Shown here: one piece after another, positions 30,501-38,676 of the stretch
Layout of the letters: every line of letters starts with the position of its first letter
Position numbering within the stretch: position 1 is the first letter of the stretch
Origin: Verrucomicrobiota bacterium
Lineage (GTDB): Bacteria > Verrucomicrobiota > Verrucomicrobiia > Limisphaerales > UBA9464
Direction of reading: 5' to 3'
Assembly (NCBI GenBank): GCA_016871805.1
Contig: VHCG01000014.1
Location: 1,205-65,204 of the forward strand
DNA: 64,000 bases
Program-made: the position numbers and the translations under genes
The notes under the pieces: generated by a model
The model's input: the letters and a program-made list of their open reading frames with translations, nothing else
Told to the model about the DNA's origin: nothing
Database searches by the model: none

Positions 30501-30918
30501 GGGCGATCCGGGCAGGATCGAGGGACGTGGGGAGGGTCGGCTTCTGATCGGGGACGACCCGCACATGATCGAGGAAAGGACCGAGTCGTTCCCGCAGCCA
30601 CCGGAGGGTTCGATCGGGATCGGTGTCATAGGCCAGCAGGGCCTGGCGGTTCTCGATCACCCGTCGCCTCGCGGATTCCGGGAATCGGGTGGCCCAACTT
30701 CCAAGGAGGGCCTTCAGCCGATCCACCTGACCTGTCTGCTCGTAGTGGAGCGCATGGAAGTGGTAGTAGTCCTCAGTCCCGGGCACGAGCTGGTCGAGGA
30801 CCGCGGCCCGGTCGGGCGCGAGTGCAAATCGCTCGATGAATCCAATCTCATTCTCGGCAGCCAGGGGAGGGACCCCCAGCAAGAGGCTCAGGAATCTCAG
30901 TCGGCGGAAAGTGTTCAT
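24505..30918 (-). CDS. Giant (2137 aa) secreted protein of unknown function
   Basis: The ORF is uninterrupted with strong GC3 bias. It has a signal peptide (MNTFRRLRFLSLLLGVPPLAAE). I recognise no catalytic motifs. Confidence 0.85.
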   Translation of the reverse strand: MNTFRRLRFLSLLLGVPPLAAENEIGFIERFALAPDRAAVLDQLVPGTEDYYHFHALHYEQTGQVDRLKALLGSWATRFPESARRRVIENRQALLAYDTDPDRTLRWLRERLGPFLDHVRVVPDQKPTLPTSLDPARIARAEFLRKVLERDALEGLDPSEYPSLLRDGVPLNPAQRRHVLSQLQRPDLPGLVDAVVADLKASGSRGLGQHALHRQLLPDQLDALQKAMPELGRQPEFVLTRLRKLAPSADSSPVMEPQVREAWLERLWSAVKPLPSSFNSLKAHILHARLVFDRSRGGWDRNRFIEYLKLPRPAVYMSPRFLEESQAQSRGVDLNATFDLIGSGPIGSDDALVRDYLLQFAREDVSWEPWSEWLNEDWLKPVFAEAKITAGAPDPERWASLLSPAAYQLLRDRVDVEFPANSPVVLSPAEEVSLDVVLKNAPQVLVRLFEINTLGFFTTQNRQLNTDLNLDGLVANSEQTLSGDASPFRRVVKTLRFPELKGRRGAWIVEVIAGGRSSRALLRKGQYSLVQQTGAAGEWITPIDEAHQPLRGVSAWLDGRRFDPEKDGRILIPFTREPGRRQLVLADADAAFASLVSFDHPAETYRLEARFHLDREQVLPGQEATLAVRATLFSGKTPVALGLLRNPRLTLRTETLDGVVSTAEIRSLKLETESLFLHPIRTPNRLARLTVELRGEMDSLTQVGQKIRLEAQRDWTLNGIQRTALIADVFLTPTVGAHRLDILGRNGEAIPDQIVEVQIFRRGFQQPEVLSLSSDESGRIQLGTLEGVRQVVAKLPGGPARVWPLMESQQTWPEGIQVAAAERIQIPLPEGAEARSVSLLELRGGIFVADHSARIAVKDGILDLGQPEAGDYSLEVQPSSSGPIPIRIVAGKPVGDWVVGASRSIERRVGRSIRIVSTEASADGLSIRLSDWDPFTRVHVVATRFDPVGGLWTDLGEFSRPGLGLATPDWLPNLYTSGRRIGDEYRYILERRYAAKYPGNLLQRPGLILNPWELRTTESGTSALTATEAPQAMAGAVEGLPRTAALKREAAERVAPEPESSLDFLARPAPGLFNLRPDTNGVVRVPVTELGDRSVVQVYVENLTDAVWRTIRLPERTTAFRDMRLAEPLDPSRPMTEMRESLALQAGAVIEIPDITVEDFEMYDTLSSIHGLLLALSGGDPSLEKFEWALRWPGLSAEERRSRYSEFACHELNLFLSRKDPKFFKDVVEPYLRNKKDPTFLDDLLLGRDLTRFLSPWSYGRLNAAERALLTRQLPGESEAGRRHLQELWENQKPDPEQSLEWFETALRGRSLDLASKPKALTALPTGNMPVAFDGPVDSFGAIAGGRGGRGLDRNESRLFGRDSLALQDNKLLERSKSKNGRAETDLYFRKAGDSRALMELRGEEVERLRDNVVRQAYHQPQGPTREWAENNYYHRPLREQEASMIPVNGFWRDVAAWDGKAPFVSPRIVEAHRNFAEMFVALALLDLPFEAPRHQIERTGTRVRIQLAGPALVFRRRVQPALETAEGKGARILVSESFFRPGSQEGPPGADRGPRPVTGEFLSGVAYGSRVVVSNPEADPVRLDLLTQIPQGALPLSGSRSTWSRLTRLEPYSTRTFEYQFYFPAPEADRHHMPARASMADRSVGAAVPTVFQAVRRLSVVDKTTWDYVSQQGSEDEVFAYLGSTNLARIDLERVAWRCRESSGFLRKLTALLVQRHVWSEPVFRYGLVHNDTLALREWLRHQDGFIAQCGDALESPVLVIDPVERHAYEHLEYAPLTNPRAHRVGAERRIDNAAQRAQYQRLFGILSYRKSLSPSDNLALVYHLFLQDRVEEALARLKAVNPEAVDNRLQYDYVKCYASLYESDLSGARSMAKRHADHPVDRWRTRFREVLAQIDGVEARGGNRSVGPDDRDREEARLAAAESTFEFQVSGKALQLSWRNLAEVRINFYLMDPEFLFSSSPFATQDSARFGIIRPTESLVVRLAKGRESMEIPLPYRFVKANVLVEVVGGGRSRAIAHHSSSFELLVAENHGYLDVGESGSGKGIPKAYVKVFARLPGGVIRFYRDGYTDLRGRFDYSSLNEDPTSRPVPVTAAAEPGTYQAIQPSEVSSVERFALLVLGEDQGAAIREVAPPRR

Positions 30919-31047
30919 GGTATCGGAGGACGCACGGATTCCGGAGGCGGAACGGCTGTGTCCGGGATCCGGTCAGGGGATAGGTCCAAACGCGCTGACA
31001 CGCCAGCGCAGACCTCGCCAACCGGGCGCGGCAGCGCGGGTGATCGA

Positions 31048-31854
31048 CTAGTCAAGAAGGGGCCACAGCTCGCGGAACGCCCGCTGGGCGGATCGGTCGG
31101 GGATGTCCTCGAGCGCGGGATTCTCAAGGAAGCGCGGCGCATAGGCCGCATCCAGGCCAAAGACCCGGACCGTCTGGTGCTCCACCTCGAAGAAGGCCCG
31201 CCACGCACCACATCCAATTTCCCATCGGATCCCGCCGCGTCGACGGATCCGCCGGGAGCGGTGCGGATGGGGATCGCGGGACAGCAGCTCGATCATGCGG
31301 GGCCTGAAGTCGATGCTCCAGTGTTCCTGGAGCCAAGCGGCCTGGGTCTGGGCGAGGGGTTCCAGAACCACGGTGAAGCGGGGTGGCTCGGCGAAGGAGG
31401 CCTCGACCACGTCATGCCAGCCTGCACTGGAGGACGGAAAGGCATCGTAGTCGGGAATGTAGGGTTTGATGTCGAAGACAGGAGTGCCATCGACCAGGTC
31501 ACAGGGACCGATCCGGAGATGGCGCCCCTCGATGCCGAGCAGGGTGACAGGGGTCAGGCCCAAGGGGTTAGGGCGATACGGACATCGGGTGGCAAAGACT
31601 CCACGGCGCTGTGCCGGACCTCGCGGCGGGAGCACGAGCGGACGCCAGCCTTCATTCCGGTGGAACCACCAGATCAACCAGATCCGTTCGAACCCCTCGA
31701 GATCCCGCAGGGCCAGACTCGGTTCCACGGACCCGACCAGTTCGAGGATGCTGTCTCCGGGATCGGCGTCCGACGGCTGATGACCGGCCTGGAACTTCAC
31801 CTGTTTCCCGGAGCGGATGAATCCGATGGGCTGGAGGGTGAGTTCGGGCGGCAC
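31048..31854 (-). CDS. trmO: tRNA (t6A37-N6)-methyltransferase TrmO/TsaA family with C-terminal domain
   Basis: LQPIGFIRSG...FERIWLIWWFH...GVFATRCPYRPNPLGLT...GTPVFDIKPYIP. A GTG start at 31854 is preferred because the pal terminator lies at 31949-31978. The maximal ORF extends to 31950. Confidence 0.8.
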   Translation of the reverse strand: MPPELTLQPIGFIRSGKQVKFQAGHQPSDADPGDSILELVGSVEPSLALRDLEGFERIWLIWWFHRNEGWRPLVLPPRGPAQRRGVFATRCPYRPNPLGLTPVTLLGIEGRHLRIGPCDLVDGTPVFDIKPYIPDYDAFPSSSAGWHDVVEASFAEPPRFTVVLEPLAQTQAAWLQEHWSIDFRPRMIELLSRDPHPHRSRRIRRRGGIRWEIGCGAWRAFFEVEHQTVRVFGLDAAYAPRFLENPALEDIPDRSAQRAFRELWPLLD

Positions 31855-31948
31855 GCGGGGGTTATGGCAGAACCTCCTGCGGGCTGGCCACTGGGTTCGA
31901 TCGGAACGCGGTGGCCCAAGGCCAGGACCCGGGATTCGCCCGGGCAGC

Positions 31949-31978
31949 AAAAAGCCCCGCCTGAGGGAGGGGCTTTCG
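31949..31978 (-). terminator. Candidate terminator downstream of pal (A-run and T-run on both sides)
   Basis: AAAAA-GCCCC-GCCTGAGGGA-GGGGC-TTTCGTT. Confidence 0.45.
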
Positions 31979-32004
31979 TTGAAAATCGCGTGACTAGGTC
32001 CCGG

Positions 32005-32634
32005 TCAGCGGCTCGACGCAGGCGGGGTAAGCAGCACGAACACGCCGCGTCGGTTCTTGGCGTAGGCCTCCTCGGTATTGTCCACGACGGCAGGCTTCTC
32101 CTTGCCGTAGCTGATCGTGGTGACGCGGTCACCACTGATACCCAGAGACATCAGCTTGTCGCGAACCGCAAGCGCCCGGCGCTCGCCCAGGGCGAGATTG
32201 TATTCCTCGGTACCGCGGTCATCGCAGTGGCCCTCGATCAGGAGGTTGTTGGAGGTATTGGCCTTCAGGTAGTCCGCAACGCGGGCGATGTTCGCCGCGT
32301 ACTGGGGCTTCACGTTAGACTTGTCGAAGTCGAAATAGACGGTGTCCGTCGCGAACTTCTCACGATCCTGGACGAAGTTCCGGGGGTCGAGGTCGTTGGG
32401 AAGACCCGTGGTGCCGGGTGTGTCGGTTCCCGTGCCATTCCCGGGCCCACCAAGAGTCCCGGTGCCGACACCATTTCCCGGAGTCAGCGGAATCTCACCC
32501 ACCGGCCCGGCCGATCCGGACTGACCCGCGGGCAGCGGGGTCAAACCCTTTGGTTTCCGGGAGCAACCGGCGGCACCTCCGAGGAGGCAGGCGGCCGTGA
32601 CGAGGAGGAGGACTCGGGACAGGGAGAACTTCAT
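32005..32634 (-). CDS. pal: Peptidoglycan-associated lipoprotein (OmpA-family)
   Basis: Lipobox LLGGAAGC, plus the OmpA-like block VYFDFDKSNV...IEGHCDDRGTEEYNLALGERRA. Confidence 0.9.
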   Translation of the reverse strand: MKFSLSRVLLLVTAACLLGGAAGCSRKPKGLTPLPAGQSGSAGPVGEIPLTPGNGVGTGTLGGPGNGTGTDTPGTTGLPNDLDPRNFVQDREKFATDTVYFDFDKSNVKPQYAANIARVADYLKANTSNNLLIEGHCDDRGTEEYNLALGERRALAVRDKLMSLGISGDRVTTISYGKEKPAVVDNTEEAYAKNRRGVFVLLTPPASSR

Positions 32635-32672
32635 GGATCAGCCTTGGAATGCGCGAAGGAATAGGGAGGATC

Positions 32673-33869
32673 TCACTTGGACCAACTGGCTTGCGAGCAC
32701 CCCCCCGAAATACGAGTCAAATCCTTGACGTGCTTGGAAGGCACGTCAAGCAGCGACAGTCGCCGTTCACCACCCACACGACGGGTGAAGACCAATGTGC
32801 GGGAATTTGGGGACCACGACGGATCCTCACCCGCTGCCTTCGCTTCCGCACTGCCCCCGCTGGCAGGCATCACGTAGATCGTGAACTCACCCGCGGCCCG
32901 GGTGAAGGCGATCCACTGGCCGTCCGGCGACCAGTCAGGCTCCGTGCACTGGGTGACGCCCCCGGTGTTGAGCCGTTTCATGGCTCCCCCGGAGGCCGGG
33001 ATGGTGTAGAGGGAAGGGCGCCCTCCCTCGGCCGAGGTGAAACAGATCGTCCGACCGTCCGGAGACCAGCAGGGGGAGGCTTCAAGTTCCTTGGTGGTGG
33101 TCAGCTGACGGAGACCGCTCCCATCCACATTGGCCAGCCACAGATCCGGGCTGCCACCCCGGCTCAGAACCATGACCACCTTGCTGCCATCCGGGGAGAC
33201 GGCAGGGCTGGAGCTTGTGCCGGGGAACGAGAACACGCGAGTGCGGCTCCCACTTCGTAGATCCTGGAGATAGATTTCCGGCCGGGACCCCCTGAACGAG
33301 GTGTAGAAGAGCTTGAGCTGCCCAGGCACCCAGGAGGGACCGAACGAGATCGATCCATCGCCGGTGAGAGCGACGGCGTTGGCACCGTCACAGTCAGAGG
33401 CCCAGATCTCCGAGACGAGCTCCCCTCGCACGTTGCGTCCGCCCGGGAGGTTCCGGAAGGCGATCTTGGTGCCGGCGATCCCCGGGATCTGGAGCAGCGA
33501 CTTCACCACGTTATTCGCCAGAGCATGGGCCTGGGCCCGCGGGGATCCACCCGGGTAGGCCCGGGAGAACAACACCTGTTGGGTGTTGACGTCGGATAAT
33601 GCGCCACGGACCTCACCCTGTCCCGATCCGGCGAGCCGATATTGGGGGGCAGCCCCGCTATTGACCTCAAACCCCACCACAAAAAGGTCGAATTCGAGGA
33701 TCTTGCGCACCTCGTCAGAATAACCCGTGACCGAAATGGGAATGGTTCGAACCGCCCCCTTTGTGATCGTGACACCACCATCCTGGGCGGCGGCTAGGAG
33801 CGAGAGGGTGACCGAGAGGATCACGGCGGCGGTATGGGCGAACGGGGCACTGAGGAATCCAGGCTTCAT
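32673..33869 (-). CDS. tolB: TolB beta-propeller periplasmic protein
   Basis: The start MKPGFLSAPFAH looks like a signal peptide. Repeated SP.WSPDG motifs are present, and the gene sits between tolA and pal. Confidence 0.85.
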   Translation of the reverse strand: MKPGFLSAPFAHTAAVILSVTLSLLAAAQDGGVTITKGAVRTIPISVTGYSDEVRKILEFDLFVVGFEVNSGAAPQYRLAGSGQGEVRGALSDVNTQQVLFSRAYPGGSPRAQAHALANNVVKSLLQIPGIAGTKIAFRNLPGGRNVRGELVSEIWASDCDGANAVALTGDGSISFGPSWVPGQLKLFYTSFRGSRPEIYLQDLRSGSRTRVFSFPGTSSSPAVSPDGSKVVMVLSRGGSPDLWLANVDGSGLRQLTTTKELEASPCWSPDGRTICFTSAEGGRPSLYTIPASGGAMKRLNTGGVTQCTEPDWSPDGQWIAFTRAAGEFTIYVMPASGGSAEAKAAGEDPSWSPNSRTLVFTRRVGGERRLSLLDVPSKHVKDLTRISGGCSQASWSK

Positions 33870-34855
33870 AGGGATGCTGAGGCTTCGAGGACAAACTTCA
33901 CGGGGACGACCAGGCGGGACTCGTTGAACTCCTCGGGCAGCGGCCGGAGTTTCCGGTTGCGACGGAAGATCTCCTCCACCGAGGCGTCCAGGGAATGGAC
34001 GCCTGAGGAGCGCTTGATGGTCACATCGAGGACCGTCCCATCCTTGGAGATGGTCAACTGGACACCCACCCACTCGTTGCCCGAGGTGGTGGTGGCCGGG
34101 CGGCGCCATTGCTGGTAGAGGAATGTCTGGAGCCAGGAGGTATAGGGTGCGTAGGCGGCACCCCCGGGGCCGGGCATCTCGATCTTGGTCGAACCCCCGA
34201 CATTCTGGGAGACGCCGGCAGCGGCCCCGGAGAACCGGGCGGCCAGCTTCTGGGCCGATGCGGCCCGTTGCTGTTGCGCACGAGCCTCAGCGGCCGCGGC
34301 CTCCTTGGCCTCCTTGGCTTCCCGGGCATCCCGCGCCTCCTGCTCCGCCTTCTTCCGATCCGACGCATTCACCTTACGGACCTGGCTGCTCACCTGGATC
34401 TTGGTCGGGGTCTTCTCGGGCTTGCGCGCCGTGTCGACATCCTGGGCCTTGGCCGTGGGGCGGATTCCCTTCGAGACCTCGACCTTGGGCTCAGGTTCCA
34501 CGGTCTTGGTGGGTGCCGGCTCGGCTTTCGGCTCCGGGGGGGCGGGCTTCACCGGAGGTTCCACCGGCTTCGGCTCAACACGGGGAACCTCGGTCACGGG
34601 AGGCGCCTGGGGACGCGTCGACGGGGCAGGCGGAGGGGTGCCCTCGACTGCGGCGAGCGGACGAGGATTGGGTGTCCCACCCCCGATCTGGGTACCCATG
34701 GTGAGCTTGAGATCGGTGGGGATGATTTCCAGGAATGGAACCTCCGGCTGAACAACCTTCTTCGCGGTCAGTCCCCCCACCAGGATCACCAGCGTCAGCA
34801 GGGCGGCATGGCCCACTGCCGATCCTGCCAAGGTGCGCTGGAAGAGGCGATCCAC
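33866..34855 (-). CDS. tolA: TolA/TonB-family energy transducer
   Basis: N-terminal TM segment, Pro-rich spacer, KEAKEAKEAAAAEARAQQQ helix and a TonB-C-like end. Confidence 0.7.
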   Translation of the reverse strand: MDRLFQRTLAGSAVGHAALLTLVILVGGLTAKKVVQPEVPFLEIIPTDLKLTMGTQIGGGTPNPRPLAAVEGTPPPAPSTRPQAPPVTEVPRVEPKPVEPPVKPAPPEPKAEPAPTKTVEPEPKVEVSKGIRPTAKAQDVDTARKPEKTPTKIQVSSQVRKVNASDRKKAEQEARDAREAKEAKEAAAAEARAQQQRAASAQKLAARFSGAAAGVSQNVGGSTKIEMPGPGGAAYAPYTSWLQTFLYQQWRRPATTTSGNEWVGVQLTISKDGTVLDVTIKRSSGVHSLDASVEEIFRRNRKLRPLPEEFNESRLVVPVKFVLEASASL

Positions 34856-34857
34856 GG

Positions 34858-35283
34858 TCAGCGTCCTCCCTGGGTGTCGGTGGCGATGTCGAACCGGGTG
34901 ACCCCGTTCCGACGGCAGACCTCGATGATGTTGACCGGGAGTTCGAACTTCCCGGCACGGTCCGCCCGGATCCGAACCACCATGTTCGGGTTCTTCCGGT
35001 ATTCCTCGACCAGCCGCGATTCGAGCAGCCGAAGGTCCGCCCCGAGGGCCCGTCCACGGAGGTAGTAGACGCCATCGGGACGAGCCTCGACCACCACCAC
35101 GTCATCCTGCTTCGCGGTGGCCTTGTTCGATCCGCCCACAGGGAGCTTGAGGCCGATGGACTGCTCCATCAGCGGGGTGGTGATGATGAAGATGATCAGC
35201 AGGACGAAGGCGAGGTCCAGCAGGGGGGTGACGTTGATATCGTTCAACGTCACCAGCGAGTTGCGTTGGGAGAAACGGCGCAT
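34858..35283 (-). CDS. tolR: ExbD/TolR biopolymer transport protein
   Basis: LNDINVTPLLDLAFVLLIIFIITTP is the typical TolR/ExbD N-terminus. Confidence 0.9.
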   Translation of the reverse strand: MRRFSQRNSLVTLNDINVTPLLDLAFVLLIIFIITTPLMEQSIGLKLPVGGSNKATAKQDDVVVVEARPDGVYYLRGRALGADLRLLESRLVEEYRKNPNMVVRIRADRAGKFELPVNIIEVCRRNGVTRFDIATDTQGGR

Positions 35284-35317
35284 GCGGACAAGGGTGCTGA
35301 CCGGTCTCGGTGGAGGA

Positions 35318-36049
35318 TTATTCGTCCTTCAGGAATTCCGTCTCCATGCGCGAGGCCAACGCCTGGGCGAAGTTGTCGAGCTCCACCGTGTGCACCCGGA
35401 GCGTATGGACGAGCCAGTTGTAGCCAAACATGGATGGGATGGCGACCAAGAGGCCCGCCACGGTGGTCACGAGGGCGGCGGACACGCCGGGGGCCATGAC
35501 GGCAAGATCCGCCCTCGCCCCGGCCTGGGCGGCCACCGCCACGCCGCCGAAGGCATCCATGACGCCCCACACGGTGCCCAGCAGCCCGAGAAACGGAGCT
35601 CCGCTGACCGCCACGGCAAGCAGAACCAGTCCGGACTCGAGCCGCAGGGATTCGCGGGCCACCGAACCCTCGAGGGACCGCTTTACATGCTCCACCCCTT
35701 TGAGAGTGGCATGGACCCTCCGGGTTCCATCCGGGGCCTGGAGATGCCCCTCGAGGTCGTTGCAGCCATCCAGATACACGGAGAACAGGGGACAGCCATC
35801 CACCTGCAGCTTGCGATCGAAGATGGCGAGGACGGACTTCTGCTGGCGGAACTCGGCCTCGAAGTAGTGGTTGAGGCGCTGGGCCCGGCGCATCTGGAGG
35901 GCTTTCGAAGCCATCACCGACCAGGCGAAGACCGAGAAGATCAGGAGGATGACGATGATGACCTTGGCCTCAGGCGTCGCCTGGTTCCAAATATAGGTCA
36001 GCGTGAAACCACCCTGTTGGGCAGCCAGCAGACCGGGGATGTAATTCAT
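35318..36049 (-). CDS. tolQ: MotA/TolQ/ExbB proton channel
   Basis: Three TM segments and the motif APFLGLLGTVWGVMDAF. Confidence 0.9.
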   Translation of the reverse strand: MNYIPGLLAAQQGGFTLTYIWNQATPEAKVIIVILLIFSVFAWSVMASKALQMRRAQRLNHYFEAEFRQQKSVLAIFDRKLQVDGCPLFSVYLDGCNDLEGHLQAPDGTRRVHATLKGVEHVKRSLEGSVARESLRLESGLVLLAVAVSGAPFLGLLGTVWGVMDAFGGVAVAAQAGARADLAVMAPGVSAALVTTVAGLLVAIPSMFGYNWLVHTLRVHTVELDNFAQALASRMETEFLKDE

Positions 36050-36191
36050 CGTTCCGTGGTTCTCTCAATGTCCTCCAACGCGCAAAGCCGATTTAATCGC
36101 GGGCCCGACTCCGGTCAAAGCTTTACTTCCCAGCGCACGGGCGTTCCCCGATTCAGGACTGCATCCAGTCGCCCCGGTCGCCCGGCGACAC

Positions 36192-36650
36192 TCAACGGCG
36201 ACGACGGCGATGGAACTCAAGGAATCCACGGTGGGCGGCGGACTCCAGCCGCCAGTGCTCCACCAGGGACTCAAATGCCTGAAGCGTCTGGGGTCTCAGA
36301 TGATGCTCCATGTCCTCAACATCGTCAGCCACTACCTCGGCGGCCAGGCCGAGCATCTGGAGGAGCTCGGTGAGGATCCGGTGCCGGTGTCGGATGTGCC
36401 TGGCCACCGAGGCCCCTTCGCGGGTCAGCGTGAAGCCGCGGTAGCGTTCGTAGTTCAGGTAGCCCCGCTTGGCGAGGCGTCGCACCATGTTGGAGACCGT
36501 GGAGCGGCTCAGCTGAAGCGCCTCGGCGATGTCGGTAACACGGGCATACCCCTTGGAATCGACCAGGTCCTGGATGCGCTCAAGATGGTCCTCCGTGGAC
36601 TCCGATCTCAGAGGGGCCATCCGGGCCGCGCGGCGCGTCTTCGCTGGCAT
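36192..36650 (-). CDS. mntR: DtxR/MntR-family metal-dependent transcriptional regulator
   Basis: TEDHLERIQDLVDSKGYARVTDIAEALQLSRSTVSNMVRRLAKRGYLNYERYRGFTLTREG. It is divergent from the metal ABC operon. Confidence 0.85.
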   Translation of the reverse strand: MPAKTRRAARMAPLRSESTEDHLERIQDLVDSKGYARVTDIAEALQLSRSTVSNMVRRLAKRGYLNYERYRGFTLTREGASVARHIRHRHRILTELLQMLGLAAEVVADDVEDMEHHLRPQTLQAFESLVEHWRLESAAHRGFLEFHRRRRR

Positions 36651-36699
36651 TCCGGTGGGCTACCAGAAGCCCAACCCCGTGCCAAGGCCGGATGTTTTG

Positions 36700-36750
36700 G
36701 GGAGCCGGATTTGTTTTACCCTCAAACATTTCATTTTGACCCTCACTTTC
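36700..36750. promoter_or_regulatory. Candidate MntR operator / divergent promoter region
   Basis: This is an AT-richer patch. It contains the inverted repeat TGTTT-N7-AAACA (36711-36727) and the direct repeat TTTTACCCTCA / TTTTGACCCTCA. Confidence 0.3.
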
Positions 36751-36772
36751 CCGTGCGGTATCAATCACCCCG

Positions 36773-37759
36773 GTGAAGACTCCCATCGAAACCATGCCGT
36801 CGTGGCGGGTGGCCTCCGGCCAGTGCTGCCGCCTCTGGGCCGCAACGGGGCTTTTGCTGATGGTGCTGGTCCTGCCGGGCTGTAGCCGCGGGAGTGACGA
36901 CTCGCCCACGGGGGGGTCGAACCGCACCGGGCCCAAGCGCATCCTGACGACCTTCACGATCCTGCAGGACATGGCCCGGAACGTGGCCGGTACCAATGCC
37001 GTGGTGGAATCCATCACCAAACCCGGGGCCGAGATCCACGAGTACGAGCCCACACCGGGTGACGTGGTGAAGGCTCAGCATGCGGATCTGGTCCTGTGGA
37101 ACGGGCTGGGGCTGGAGCGGTGGTTCGAGCGCTTCTTCGGGAACCTCAAGAGTGTCCCGGAAGCGGTGCTTTCAGAGGGAATCTCACCGATCGGCATCAC
37201 GGAAGGCGCTTACTCGGGAAAGCCGAATCCCCATGCCTGGATGTCCCCAACCCATGCGCTCCGCTACGTCGAGAACATCCGGAAGGCTCTCGTGAGGCTC
37301 GATCCGGAACATGCCGATGCCTACACAGCCAATGCCGCGGCCTATTCGGAGCGGATCCGCGCCATCGACGAGCCGCTGCGCCGGCGTCTCGGCTCGATCC
37401 CGGCGGATCGGCGCTGGCTGGTCACCAGCGAAGGGGCGTTTCCGTACCTTGCCCGGGACTACAGGCTCAGGGAGCTCTACCTGTGGCCGATCAACGCGGA
37501 CGAGGAGGCAACCCCGCAGCAGGTCCGAAAGGTCATCGACCGCGTCCGGTCTGAACGCATTCCCGCCGTCTTCAGCGAGAGCACGATCAGCGACAAGGCC
37601 ATGCGCCAGGTCGCTCGGGAGACCGGCGCCCGGTTCGGTGGGATCCTCCATGTGGATTCGCTGACCGACGAAGGCGGCGCTGTCCCGACCTACCTCCAGC
37701 TGCTGCAGACCAATGCGGACACCCTCGTCCGGGGCCTGTCCGGGAGCCCAACGCCATGA
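36773..37759 (+). CDS. Metal (Mn/Zn/Fe) ABC transporter substrate-binding lipoprotein, TroA/ZnuA family
   Basis: Lipobox LPGC, then ILTTFTILQDMARNVAG...EIHEYEPTPGD...NPHAWMSP. Confidence 0.9.
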   Translation: MKTPIETMPSWRVASGQCCRLWAATGLLLMVLVLPGCSRGSDDSPTGGSNRTGPKRILTTFTILQDMARNVAGTNAVVESITKPGAEIHEYEPTPGDVVKAQHADLVLWNGLGLERWFERFFGNLKSVPEAVLSEGISPIGITEGAYSGKPNPHAWMSPTHALRYVENIRKALVRLDPEHADAYTANAAAYSERIRAIDEPLRRRLGSIPADRRWLVTSEGAFPYLARDYRLRELYLWPINADEEATPQQVRKVIDRVRSERIPAVFSESTISDKAMRQVARETGARFGGILHVDSLTDEGGAVPTYLQLLQTNADTLVRGLSGSPTP

Positions 37760-38676
37760 CACCCTCGGCTCCGTCCCAGCACCCCTTCGACCTCGCGGTC
37801 GACCATGTCACGGTCACCTACCGGAGTGGCCATGTGGCCGTGCGCGATGCCAGCTTCCGTCTCGAATCCGGGACCATCTGCGGGCTGGTCGGCGTGAACG
37901 GCAGCGGCAAATCGACCCTCTTCAAGACCATCATGGGATTCCTGAGCCCGGATTCAGGCTCGGTCTCCATCGGGGGGCGGTCGATCCGGGAAGCCCAATC
38001 GAGGAACTGGGTCGCCTATGTGCCGCAGTCGGAGGAGGTGGATTGGACCTTTCCCGTGACGGTCTGGGACGTGGTGATGATGGGGCGGTATGGCCACATG
38101 AACCTGCTCCGCATCCCGGCTGCCCGGGACCGCAGCAAGGTGGAGGAAAGCCTCCGGAGGGTGGACCTCTGGGAGCTCCGGGACCGGCAGATCGGCGAAC
38201 TGTCGGGCGGACAGAAGAAGCGGGCCTTCCTGGCCCGGTCCCTCGCACAGGAAGGGCGCGTCATCTTGCTTGACGAGCCCTTCACCGGGGTCGATGTCCG
38301 GACCGAGGCCGCGATCATCCAGCTCCTCAAGGAACTGAGGGACGCCGGGCAGATCCTCTTGGTGTCGACCCACAACCTCGGATCGGTCCCGGAGTTCTGC
38401 GACCACGCGGTGATCATCCAGCAATCGATCGTCGCCGCAGGCCCCCTTGTGGAGACCTTCACCGAGCAGAATCTCGCGAAGGCATTCGGGGGAGTCCTGA
38501 GACACTTCCGATTCGACCAATCCACGGTCCAGCCCCACGACAACCACCGCATCACGGTATTGACCGACGACGAGCGGCCCCTCGTGTTCGGCAAGGATGG
38601 ACACCTGGAGTTCACCGAACGCCGGGAGCACGAGGACATTGTCCGGGAAAGGACCCTCCCGGGGGATGAACCATGA
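37756..38676 (+). CDS. Metal ABC transporter ATP-binding protein
   Basis: Walker A GVNGSGKST, signature LSGGQKKR and Walker B VILLDEP. Confidence 0.9.
   Translation: MTPSAPSQHPFDLAVDHVTVTYRSGHVAVRDASFRLESGTICGLVGVNGSGKSTLFKTIMGFLSPDSGSVSIGGRSIREAQSRNWVAYVPQSEEVDWTFPVTVWDVVMMGRYGHMNLLRIPAARDRSKVEESLRRVDLWELRDRQIGELSGGQKKRAFLARSLAQEGRVILLDEPFTGVDVRTEAAIIQLLKELRDAGQILLVSTHNLGSVPEFCDHAVIIQQSIVAAGPLVETFTEQNLAKAFGGVLRHFRFDQSTVQPHDNHRITVLTDDERPLVFGKDGHLEFTERREHEDIVRERTLPGDEP

Noticed and set aside
31855-31950. Longer TTG-initiated version of trmO.
   Set aside because: The extension would overlap the candidate pal terminator and adds a non-homologous Arg/Pro-rich leader. The GTG at 31854 gives the family-typical N-terminus (PPELTLQPIGFIRSG).
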